DNA of 32,000 nucleotides from Candidatus Altimarinota bacterium (GTDB lineage Bacteria; Patescibacteriota; Gracilibacteria; UBA1369): NCBI GenBank assembly GCA_041659405.1, contig JBAZYK010000003.1, positions 120,001 to 152,000 of the forward strand, read 5' to 3'. Shown piece by piece: positions 24,102 to 32,000 of this stretch (position 1 is its first letter; each line of letters starts with the position of its first letter). The notes under the pieces were generated by a model. It saw only the letters and a program-made list of their open reading frames with translations, ran no database searches and was not told where the DNA came from. The position numbers and the translations under genes were made by a program.

Positions 24102-24224
24102 GAAAATTCATTTAAATTGAGCAGATACAAGGCGAAAATAAAAAATCGACCGCAGTGTATTTAGTTATACACGAGGATCGATTTTTTGTTTTCAACGAAG
24201 TAGATGCCAATTTAAATGAATTTT
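24102..24224. repeat. Long imperfect palindrome: a perfect 17-bp inverted repeat enclosing the nrdJ terminator hairpin
   Basis: The left arm aaaattcatttaaattg (24102-24118) is the exact reverse complement of caatttaaatgaatttt (24208-24224). The right arm overlaps the nrdJ stop codon (24223-24225). Partial pairing continues inward (gcagatac / gtagatgc). Confidence 0.7.
24139..24188 (-). terminator. Intrinsic terminator of nrdJ
   Basis: On the - strand the sequence reads AAAAAAUCGA-UCCUC-GUGUAU-aacuaa-AUACAC-UGCGG-UCGAUUUUUU, followed by AUUUUC. The outer stem is 10 bp and the inner stem 6 bp, with small internal mismatches. It lies about 35 nt downstream of the stop. Confidence 0.55.
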
Positions 24225-27200
24225 AGCTACACCCACTGGTTTCTCCACAATCCACGCATTTATAACAACTCCCATTACGCACCATCACCGCGCCGCAAGC
24301 TGTACAAATAGCCGCATCTTCGTTGTTTAAGGACAGTGCTTTATCCTTTTGCATCTTGGCAAATTCTTCACGACTCATGGCGTTGACAGCAGCTTCACGC
24401 GCGCCAACCTTTTCCATTTCTTTCACGGAAATTTTCTCGATTTCCACGTTTTTTGCTGATTGATGAGTTCGTTCCTTCATAATTGAAGCCGTTACATCCT
24501 CAAACTTTGCCGCCCGATTCAATCCCCGAATTTGACCATCTGAATCGACACTTCCGTCCGCAGCCTCCACCATTTCCAACGGCAACTTAGGCAAAAACAG
24601 GCTTGTTCCCTCGTTATAAGCACGATCCACCAAATCTTCATTGTGATATTTTTTAACCACATCACGAGGCAAAAATTTCAATCCCAGCCAGCGACCGATA
24701 TAATCCACAATTGATTTAACCATTGGGATATCACGATTTCCGGTCATGCCGGCCGGTTCAAATCTGGAATGGCAGAACTTGCTGACCAAAACTTCCAAAG
24801 GCACGCCATATTGCAGATTCAACGAAATAGTCAAAGCCAGCGCATCCATAATTCCGGATAGTGTAGAGCCTTCCTTGCTCATCTTGATAAAGATTTCGCC
24901 CGGCAAACCGTCCTCGTACAAGCCAACCGTAATGTAACCTTCATGTCCGGAGATCGAAAATTTATGAGTAATACTGTGACGTTCCGATGGCAATTTGCGA
25001 CGGAAAGGTTTTTGCACAATTTTCTCGATCACCTGCTGAACCTGCTGCGGACCAACCGCTTCACTCATATCTTCCACATTTTCAAAATTGAAAAGCTCGG
25101 CAAAATTTCCCTGAGTACTGCCGGTATTTAATGGCTGACTCAATTTAGATCCATCGCGATATAAAGCATTACACTTCAACATCAACGCCCAACTTTCCAT
25201 ATAAGCTTTTTGGATGTCGGAAACCGTGCATTCCTCCGGCATATTTACCGTCTTGGAAATCGAACCGGAAATAAAAGGCTGAGCCGCCGCCATCATGTGC
25301 AAATGGCCTGTGTAAGGGATATAACGCTTGCCCTTCTTTCCACATTTATTGGCGCAATCAAAAACCGCGTAATGTTCTTTTTTAAGATGAGGAGCTTCCT
25401 CAATCGTCATGGTTCCACAAACATATTCGTTAGCTTCGGCAATTTGCTCCTTGCTAAAGCCAAGCGCGAGCAACATATCAAACTCAAAATCATTCAATTC
25501 CACATCGGTTAATCCCAAAACTTTTCGGCAGAATTCTTCACCCAAAGAAAATTTATTAAACGCGAATTTTAGTTCAAAGACGCCGGTTAATTGAGTTTCA
25601 ATCGCCAAAATTTCTTTATCGGTGAATCCCTTCTTTTTTAAGGATCCCGGATTTATATGAGGACAATCCCCTAAAGTCGCATGACCCTTCACATAATTTT
25701 CAATATCCAAAATTTGCGCGCTGGAATAACCCAAAGTTTCCAAAGCCGGTTTTAAAGATTGATTTACGATCTTAAAATAACCACCACCAACCAGTTTCTT
25801 AAATTTAATCAAAGCAAAATCAGGTTCAATGCCGGTGGTATCGCAGTCCATTACAAGCCCGATTGTCCCTGTCGGAGCAACCACCGTCACCTGCGCATTA
25901 CGATAACCAAACTGTTCACCCCAATTTAAAGCACGATCCCAAACTTCACGCGCGGACTCCAAAAGATAATCGGGACAATACGCCGGATTGATCCCCTGTG
26001 GCGCAACACTCAAATTTTCATATTCATTTTTAGCTGCATTATAAGCCGCACGGCGATGATTGCGGATGACCTTCAACATGTGTTTTTTATTCTTTTCATA
26101 CTTATTAAAAGGCTTTAGCACCTTGGCCATTTCCGCCGAAGTCGCATAGGATTCACCGCACATAATAGCCGTAATCGCCCCGGTAATAGCGTAAGCTTCT
26201 TCCGAAGTATAAGGAAAACCCATCTGCATCAGCATAGTGCCAATGTTGGCATAGCCAAGACCCAAAGTACGGAACTCATAACTCAATTCCGCAATTTCCT
26301 TGGATGGAAACTGTGCCATTAAAACCGAAACCTCCAACACAATCGTCCACAAACGAACACTATGTCTAAAAGCCTGAATATCAAACTGTTTAGTATTTTG
26401 ATTATAAAATTTAATCAGATTTAACGAAGCCAAATTGCAGGCGGTATCATCCAAAAACATATATTCCGAGCATGGGTTACTGGCGTTAATACGGCCATCT
26501 TCCGGACAGGTATGCCACTCGTTAATAGTGGTGTCATATTGAATTCCCGGATCGGCGCATGACCAGGCGGCATAAGCAACTTCAGCCCACAACTTGCGGG
26601 CGGAAATTGATTTATAGGTTTTACCATCTTTGCGATTTTTTAAATCCCAAAGACCATCTTTTTTCACAGCATCAATAAACTCATTCGGAACACGAATTGA
26701 ATTATTGGAATTTTGGCCGCCAACAGTCAAATAAGCCTCGGAACGGAAATCGGTATCATAACGGCGGAAACTGAATTCCTCCGGTTTCATGCCATCTTCA
26801 ATCAACATCAAAACACGTTTAATGTAATTGAGTGGAACATGTTTTTTATTGGCTTCATAAATTTTTAATTTGAGCGCCGGATTTTTTTCCGGATCAAGCC
26901 CGGAGTCATGAGCGCAGTCCACAATTTTCTTGAGTTCTTCGTAACAAACGTGTGAACCTGCATGCAGTGCGGCCACTTTTTGCTCTTCTGTAACTTTCCA
27001 GTTAATAAATTCCTGAATTTCCGGATGATCCATATCCAAACACACCATTTTGGCCGCACGACGGGTTGTTCCACCGGATTTTATTGCACCGGCAGCTCTA
27101 TCCAAAACAGCCAAAAAGCTCATCAAGCCGGAAGATTTACCGCCACCGGAAAGATTTTCATTTACACCACGCAATTTAGAAAAGTTGGTTCCCGTACCTG

Positions 27201-27903
27201 AGCCATATTTAAACAAACGCGCCTCGCGAACCACTAAATCAAAAATTCCACCCTCGTTTACCAAATCATCGTTTACCGCTTGAATAAAGCACGCATGGGG
27301 CTGAGGTCTGGTATAAGCATCCTTGGATTTTGTCAGTTTTTCAGTTTCAGGATCAACATAAAAGTGCCCCTGCGCATCACCGGTAATCCCATAAGCATGA
27401 GCCAAGCCGGTGTTAAACCATTGTGGACTGTTTGGAGCACACATTTGAGCCACAATCATATGTTTCAATTCATCTTCAAAAGCCTGCGCATCATCGGCAG
27501 TTTCAAAATAATTATATTTTTCACCCCAATGACGCCAGGTTGAAGCCATTCTATTGGCAACCAATTTAATGGAAGTCTCCGCCCCCAAAACCGGTTTTCC
27601 ATCTTTATCCAAAATTGCATTTCCACTTTTATCCATTTGAGGAACCCCCTTCTTACGGCAATATTTTTGCGCCAAAATGTCGGTTGCAACCTGCGACCAG
27701 AATTTTGGAACTTCCACATCCTTCATTTCAAAAACCACCGAACCGTCCGGATTGGTAATTTTTGAAACCCGCAACTCAAAATCAAAAGCAGCAAAAGGAT
27801 CCTTGCCCTTTTCAGTAAAAAAACGCTCAATTTTTAAACCTTTTCCGGTTCGATCCGCAAGCGAAGTTGAAGCGACCTTTTGGAAAGTATTTGGGACAAC
27901 CAT
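24223..27903 (-). CDS. nrdJ: Class II (adenosylcobalamin-dependent) ribonucleoside-diphosphate/triphosphate reductase
   Basis: From the first ATG at 27903 (MVVPNTFQKV...) the protein is 1226 aa; the track's start is a TTG at 28044. Conserved RNR blocks include KYCRKKGVP, SPQWFNTGL, ACFIQ, GSGTGTNFSKLR, NPCSEYMFLDDTACNLASLNL and VVAPTGTIGLVMDCDTTGIEPDFALIKFKKLVGGGYFKIVN. The C-terminus has a CxxC...CxxC tail, CTACGAVMVRNGSCYKCVDCGETSGCS. Confidence 0.92.
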   Translation of the reverse strand: MVVPNTFQKVASTSLADRTGKGLKIERFFTEKGKDPFAAFDFELRVSKITNPDGSVVFEMKDVEVPKFWSQVATDILAQKYCRKKGVPQMDKSGNAILDKDGKPVLGAETSIKLVANRMASTWRHWGEKYNYFETADDAQAFEDELKHMIVAQMCAPNSPQWFNTGLAHAYGITGDAQGHFYVDPETEKLTKSKDAYTRPQPHACFIQAVNDDLVNEGGIFDLVVREARLFKYGSGTGTNFSKLRGVNENLSGGGKSSGLMSFLAVLDRAAGAIKSGGTTRRAAKMVCLDMDHPEIQEFINWKVTEEQKVAALHAGSHVCYEELKKIVDCAHDSGLDPEKNPALKLKIYEANKKHVPLNYIKRVLMLIEDGMKPEEFSFRRYDTDFRSEAYLTVGGQNSNNSIRVPNEFIDAVKKDGLWDLKNRKDGKTYKSISARKLWAEVAYAAWSCADPGIQYDTTINEWHTCPEDGRINASNPCSEYMFLDDTACNLASLNLIKFYNQNTKQFDIQAFRHSVRLWTIVLEVSVLMAQFPSKEIAELSYEFRTLGLGYANIGTMLMQMGFPYTSEEAYAITGAITAIMCGESYATSAEMAKVLKPFNKYEKNKKHMLKVIRNHRRAAYNAAKNEYENLSVAPQGINPAYCPDYLLESAREVWDRALNWGEQFGYRNAQVTVVAPTGTIGLVMDCDTTGIEPDFALIKFKKLVGGGYFKIVNQSLKPALETLGYSSAQILDIENYVKGHATLGDCPHINPGSLKKKGFTDKEILAIETQLTGVFELKFAFNKFSLGEEFCRKVLGLTDVELNDFEFDMLLALGFSKEQIAEANEYVCGTMTIEEAPHLKKEHYAVFDCANKCGKKGKRYIPYTGHLHMMAAAQPFISGSISKTVNMPEECTVSDIQKAYMESWALMLKCNALYRDGSKLSQPLNTGSTQGNFAELFNFENVEDMSEAVGPQQVQQVIEKIVQKPFRRKLPSERHSITHKFSISGHEGYITVGLYEDGLPGEIFIKMSKEGSTLSGIMDALALTISLNLQYGVPLEVLVSKFCHSRFEPAGMTGNRDIPMVKSIVDYIGRWLGLKFLPRDVVKKYHNEDLVDRAYNEGTSLFLPKLPLEMVEAADGSVDSDGQIRGLNRAAKFEDVTASIMKERTHQSAKNVEIEKISVKEMEKVGAREAAVNAMSREEFAKMQKDKALSLNNEDAAICTACGAVMVRNGSCYKCVDCGETSGCS

Positions 27904-28294
27904 AGATGGGGGGAAATTAAAGGGAGTAGATGGGGAAAAACATTTTGGGGACTCTCTAAGTCCTTTCTTCCGTGTTGAGTCCACAAAAGTGAAGAAAGAA
28001 GCAAGCCCACCACATATAGGTGAGCCTATTAAGATAAACCACAAGATGTTGATGGACGTCCCCTAAGATAGTCTTTTGGAAACTCTGCGTCAAGGAAACT
28101 GGATTCAAAATTCTTTGCGCTACAATTCGTTTATTATGTGATATACAAAAGCCAAACGCACAGAACAAAATGGCACATCAGGCAAGGGCTCATCGATCAA
28201 AATCCTTTGCTGAAAAACACTTGAAAATGGTACCATCACCAGCCCTCTTTTTTACAAAAATTTTCCTCTGGTTTAAATTCAACGCTGACGAGCC

Positions 28295-31200
28295 CTAAAA
28301 CGCAAAAACCCTCACAATAATCTTGGCTGCTTCACCGCGGGTTAGGTTATTGTTTGGGCCAAACAGGTTTAACGGGTTCCCCTGGCCGTCGACATATCCG
28401 GAAACGATGTTTTTAAGCACTGCGGTATAAATATATTTTCCATACCACGCGCCCTTGATTGTATCCGTAAATGTTAATGCCCCATCAACAATTTGCGCTT
28501 CAAGATAATTAACCAAAAGTATCATTTTGGTGGCTTCTGCACGGGTAACAGGCTGGATCGGCTTAAAGATTGTTCCATTTTGATAACCAATCACAATATT
28601 TAAGATTTTTGCTTTGGCCACGGCAGGTGCAAACCACGAATCTTTTGGCACATCTTTAAACGGATCATTTAGAGGATTTGGAAGTGTCGCATATTTGCAC
28701 TGCATAAACATTTTTGCATATTCGGCTCTGCTGATTTGGTTGTTTGGTCGATATTCATTAAGTAGATTTCCATCTGCGTCTTTGTATCCTTGAACATTGC
28801 ATTTCTGTTGGAGTTTTTCGATATAGGTTTGTGCCCAGTGGTTTTGAGTATCTGTGAAAAGTGCTTGTGTTGCCGGTTGAGTTTGAGGTTGTTGCGCCGG
28901 TTGTGTTGGCGGTTGCGTTGCCAGTTGTGTTGGCTCTTGCGTTTGGGTGGTTGGAGTTGTTGGTGTAGTAGTTGTTGTTGTTGTAGTCGAGCTTCCGCCG
29001 CCACCACCACCTCCGCCGCTGCTGCTGCTCTGATTAACGATTATGGTGTCTGCGGTCACTGCCGAATCTTGATATATTGTGGCATCACCGCTTGTTGTGA
29101 CTGTAATGGTATATGCTCCCGTAGAGCCAATCGACCCGGATGTGACTATATTTTGAATTGTACAGCTTTCTGCAGCCGCTGCCTGTTCACTTCCACCACT
29201 CCTGGCAAGAATAACTGTTTGTGAAGAAACTGTTGTCGTGATTGAACCATCCATTGTTGAACAAACTCCCGCTGAAGCTGATGCAACATTAAACCCTGAT
29301 CCAAATGTAATCTTGATTTTGTCGGTAGCTGCAATTGTTCCATTTGGTGTAAAGGTGGCTGTTGCCGTTGTGGATGATCCAATTCCATACGTGGATAACG
29401 ACACATCTGTTGATGATAATGATGCTGCGGTTTCAACAACCGTATTATTGTCATGAACCAGGTTTGTATTGGACGCCATATCTGTCACCGCCAATGCGTC
29501 TACATCCAGCACAACCGCTCCGCCATCTCCTCCTGTTGTCCCTGAAATAGCTATTGCGGCTGCACGTTGCGCGGCGGTTAATGTGAAAGTTAGACTCGTC
29601 GCGTCCACATTGGCAGGCGCGGCTGTCAGGCTCACGACATCTGTTCCGGTTATATTATTTAGATGAAAACCACTCGCAACCGTTGCGCTTGCATCCATGA
29701 TTTCACTGAAAGTTGTCACCATTACAGCCGTACCATAGTTAATTGTTGTTGAAACTACGACCGGTTTGGCCGCATCGGTAAGATTCACCGCTGTCCAGGT
29801 TTGTAACTGGTTTCCGGCTGCATCCGAAATTTCTCTGGCTCCATTATCGGTATACGCAATAGTTGGAGCTGTTGTATGGCTGGTTATGTTTGAATTTCCC
29901 AATGTTCCCAAAACCAGACGCACCGTTGAAGTATCAGGATAACTCAGGGTTCCGGAAGTCAAAACCGATCCGGTAATATCATTGGCCACATACGCAAAAT
30001 CGGCAATTGTTGCCGTCTGCGTTGAAACAGGTTCCGAAAGGGTTAATGTAACACGATCAACTCGTCCATCGTTATCTGAATCTTCATAAACTTTTGCGGA
30101 AATGGTTGGCGCGGTTGTATCAAAAGTCACCGCTGTTCTGCTAACCGCTGTTGCGGCGTTTCCCGCGTCATCGGTTGCGTTGAATGCAAATGTATAGACG
30201 GCTCCGCTAACCAATCCGCTGGAATCACTCGTACATCCGTTTGTTGTATCCGAAAGATCCAAGTTCGCATGTGCTCCGGTATTTTTCGCTGTACCGACTA
30301 ACGTACAGGTATGCGGAGCGCTGCCATCTGCCGTTCCTGAAGTTTGTGAAATTAAAATTGTTCCACTCGCGACTGCTTCGCTCAATGTATAACTCACATC
30401 GGATGAAGTGGTGACATTATTTATTGAAGTACTTGCCGTTGGGCTCACGCTGGTGAAAACGGGAATGATTGTATCGATTGTGTAATCGTTTGTGCCGGTT
30501 GCAGATGCGGTGTTTCCTCCATTATCCGTGATGGTTACGGTCACATTGTTGGTTGCATCATCCTGGCTGTCCATGGCGCCGGATAGCGATGTTGTCCAAG
30601 TATCTGATGAATTACTTCCAACCAAAGCCGTATCCCCCGCTTTAAAGTTTGCTGCGTTAAAGCTCACGGATGAAATTGTATCCGTATTATTATCGCCGGT
30701 CGCAAGTGTATCGTCCCAGGTTGGCACTGCGGTATTTCCATTTTTAAACGCTCCACCGGTTCCCGTTGCTCCAGTCACGGATATTTTTGCGGCGGAAATT
30801 GTTGGCGCAACATTGTCCACGCTGATCGCATCGGAAGCTGTTGTTGCAGTGTTCCCCGCGTTATCGGTGACGGTGATTATAAATGTCAGGGCACCGGTAT
30901 CCAATGCGCCGGCGGTAACAACCGTAGATTCCGAAGTAGCCGCAAGTGTAGCCTGGCCGGTTAATGTTGTTAAATTTATTGTTGTTGTATCGGTATCGGA
31001 AGCATCAAGCGTAACTGCACTTTGTGTAACTTTATCCTGATTTGTTGAACCGTCATTTAACGCAGCAACACTCGCCGTCCCATTATCCGTTGAAATCGTT
31101 AACGTTCCATTTGCGCTGATGATTGGCGCAACGCTATCCACAGTAGCATTTGTTGTATCAGAAGCCGTTGCTGCGTTTCCCGCATCATCGGTTGCAGTGA

Positions 31201-32000
31201 CGGAAACGTTTCGGTTTGTTGTATCAATTGCTCCTGCAGCTATTTCATATGTTGCTGTCCAGGTTCCGGATGAATTTGTCGCGGAAACCGCCGCTCCTCC
31301 ACCAAATTGGGTGAAGTTAACCGTTACGGTTGAAATTGTATCTGAATTATTTTGGCCTCCTGCCGTATTATTCCAGGTTGCCGTTACAGTATCGCCAATC
31401 TTATATGCTCCTCCAGTTCCGCCCGCGCCACTTATGGAAATATATGCGTCGGTCACCGTTGGCGCCAAAGTATCCACAGGAAAAAGAGTTGAAGTTTGTG
31501 TTGTTCCATCTACAGTGTCATCATTTGGCTTTACGCGGAAATAAACCGTTGGATCATCGGTATTTGGAATGTCGGTTGCGATGTCCCAATTGAAGGTTAA
31601 AGCTATATCACCATTAAAATCCGTATCAATATCGGAAATTAGACCGGCTACGGAAGTTGCACCGTCGCCTTCCAGCCCTTCACTAATAGATGAAACCGTG
31701 GCGTTAACCCAATCGGAATTATTCAAAGAATATTGAACGGTTAGATTTGTTACATCGTTGTCCGCATCTGCAACGGTGGTTACAACCGCCACAGCTGTTG
31801 CTGATGTTTGACTTGGCAACGCGTCACCGGTAATAGCGCTTGCCGTTGGAGCAGTATTAGACACATTTATAAATGAAACTTTATCTACAGAAGCCGTTTC
31901 CCCAGACGCTCCCTGCGTAAAAGCCCGAACATTAAAAGTTCCGGCAGTAAGTCCGGACAAACACGGATCAGTCAAATCCCCTGCGGCACTTGCGGTAGAA
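28295..32000 (-). CDS. Second large SLH-anchored surface protein (paralogue of 15366..19223); the N-terminus lies beyond the right window edge
   Basis: The reading frame stays open upstream of the track's TTG at 31975, through to base 32000. The protein has tandem Ig-like modules ending in TATDDAGN or TVTDNAGN. It has an S/G/T/P/Q low-complexity linker (SSSSGGGGGGGGSSTTTTTTTTPTTPTT...). The three C-terminal SLH-like units end in the same LTRGEAAKIIVRVFAF as the paralogue. Confidence 0.85.
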   Translation of the reverse strand, partial: STASAAGDLTDPCLSGLTAGTFNVRAFTQGASGETASVDKVSFINVSNTAPTASAITGDALPSQTSATAVAVVTTVADADNDVTNLTVQYSLNNSDWVNATVSSISEGLEGDGATSVAGLISDIDTDFNGDIALTFNWDIATDIPNTDDPTVYFRVKPNDDTVDGTTQTSTLFPVDTLAPTVTDAYISISGAGGTGGAYKIGDTVTATWNNTAGGQNNSDTISTVTVNFTQFGGGAAVSATNSSGTWTATYEIAAGAIDTTNRNVSVTATDDAGNAATASDTTNATVDSVAPIISANGTLTISTDNGTASVAALNDGSTNQDKVTQSAVTLDASDTDTTTINLTTLTGQATLAATSESTVVTAGALDTGALTFIITVTDNAGNTATTASDAISVDNVAPTISAAKISVTGATGTGGAFKNGNTAVPTWDDTLATGDNNTDTISSVSFNAANFKAGDTALVGSNSSDTWTTSLSGAMDSQDDATNNVTVTITDNGGNTASATGTNDYTIDTIIPVFTSVSPTASTSINNVTTSSDVSYTLSEAVASGTILISQTSGTADGSAPHTCTLVGTAKNTGAHANLDLSDTTNGCTSDSSGLVSGAVYTFAFNATDDAGNAATAVSRTAVTFDTTAPTISAKVYEDSDNDGRVDRVTLTLSEPVSTQTATIADFAYVANDITGSVLTSGTLSYPDTSTVRLVLGTLGNSNITSHTTAPTIAYTDNGAREISDAAGNQLQTWTAVNLTDAAKPVVVSTTINYGTAVMVTTFSEIMDASATVASGFHLNNITGTDVVSLTAAPANVDATSLTFTLTAAQRAAAIAISGTTGGDGGAVVLDVDALAVTDMASNTNLVHDNNTVVETAASLSSTDVSLSTYGIGSSTTATATFTPNGTIAATDKIKITFGSGFNVASASAGVCSTMDGSITTTVSSQTVILARSGGSEQAAAAESCTIQNIVTSGSIGSTGAYTITVTTSGDATIYQDSAVTADTIIVNQSSSSGGGGGGGGSSTTTTTTTTPTTPTTQTQEPTQLATQPPTQPAQQPQTQPATQALFTDTQNHWAQTYIEKLQQKCNVQGYKDADGNLLNEYRPNNQISRAEYAKMFMQCKYATLPNPLNDPFKDVPKDSWFAPAVAKAKILNIVIGYQNGTIFKPIQPVTRAEATKMILLVNYLEAQIVDGALTFTDTIKGAWYGKYIYTAVLKNIVSGYVDGQGNPLNLFGPNNNLTRGEAAKIIVRVFAF
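30104..30436 (-). repeat. 333-bp tract identical base-for-base to 16608..16940
   Basis: This is the partner of the repeat feature at 16608..16940, from the same by-eye alignment. Confidence 0.9.

Noticed and set aside
24102-24224. A MITE or other mobile-element interpretation of the 17-bp terminal inverted repeats.
   Set aside because: No target-site duplication flanks the element (gcgtctg on the left, agctaca on the right). The interior is simply the nrdJ terminator hairpin. I kept it as a finding only as a structured or dispersed motif, not as a mobile element.
24223-27903. An intein or other insertion as the reason for the large size of NrdJ (1226 aa).
   Set aside because: I saw no intein splice-junction blocks, such as a Cys/Ser start paired with a terminal HN plus Cys/Ser/Thr. 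The conserved RNR blocks are contiguous. Long NrdJ forms with a Cys-rich C-terminal tail are known.
27904-28044. The TTG start and 47-aa extension of nrdJ (MWFILIGSPICGG...), plus the overlapping 70-aa ORF at 27956..28168.
   Set aside because: Neither resembles an RNR N-terminus. The first ATG, at 27903, begins sequence typical of NrdJ. I treat the region as leader.
27904-28294. A cobalamin riboswitch in the nrdJ leader.
   Set aside because: I could not find a B12-box-like sequence or the conserved GCCACUG and GGUG..AA.UCC elements on the - strand. In addition, B12 riboswitches normally control B12-independent isozymes rather than NrdJ. An Rfam scan would still be needed to be certain.
1-32000. 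An alternative genetic code (UGA read as Gly or Trp), as in some uncultured lineages.
   Set aside because: UvrB, NrdJ, DinG and Res translate without interruption under the standard code. TGA is also used as an apparent stop at 2172-2174, in an ATGA overlap.

Overview
This is an AT-rich, tightly packed bacterial chromosomal window. It uses the standard genetic code: the long conserved ORFs are uninterrupted and TGA serves as a stop. I saw no rRNA, tRNA, CRISPR array, transposase or integrase. All functional calls rest on motifs read by eye in the supplied translations; no database search was run.

Gene order, left to right:
- A Type III restriction-modification operon with mod (5'-truncated by the window edge) and res. 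Two unrecognised genes, an 83-aa protein and a 240-aa three-TM membrane protein, are translationally coupled between mod and res. This is my best candidate for an undescribed system.
- A small membrane-anchored protein.
- A PP2C-like protein with degenerate metal-binding motifs.
- A DnaQ-exonuclease/DinG-helicase fusion.
- A TPR protein.
- lemA followed by two tandem DUF2207 paralogues, each ending in a poly-Gly-AW tail.
- A 1285-aa secreted wall protein with seven FG-GAP repeats, Ig-like modules and three SLH domains.
- uvrB.
- An orphan gene, a DUF378 gene, and an orphan 308-aa plus 54-aa pair.
- The class II (B12-dependent) ribonucleotide reductase nrdJ, with a roughly 390-nt unexplained leader and a long hairpin at its 3' end.
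- A second SLH surface-protein paralogue that runs off the right edge.

The two surface-protein genes are mosaics. They share a 333-bp tract of perfect identity (16608-16940 = 30104-30436) set in clearly diverged flanks, which suggests gene conversion.

Lesser oddities include a 13-nt perfect tandem duplication in the dinG linker, a GC-rich hairpin cluster with a C7 tract before the second DUF2207 gene, and an apparent absence of Shine-Dalgarno motifs.
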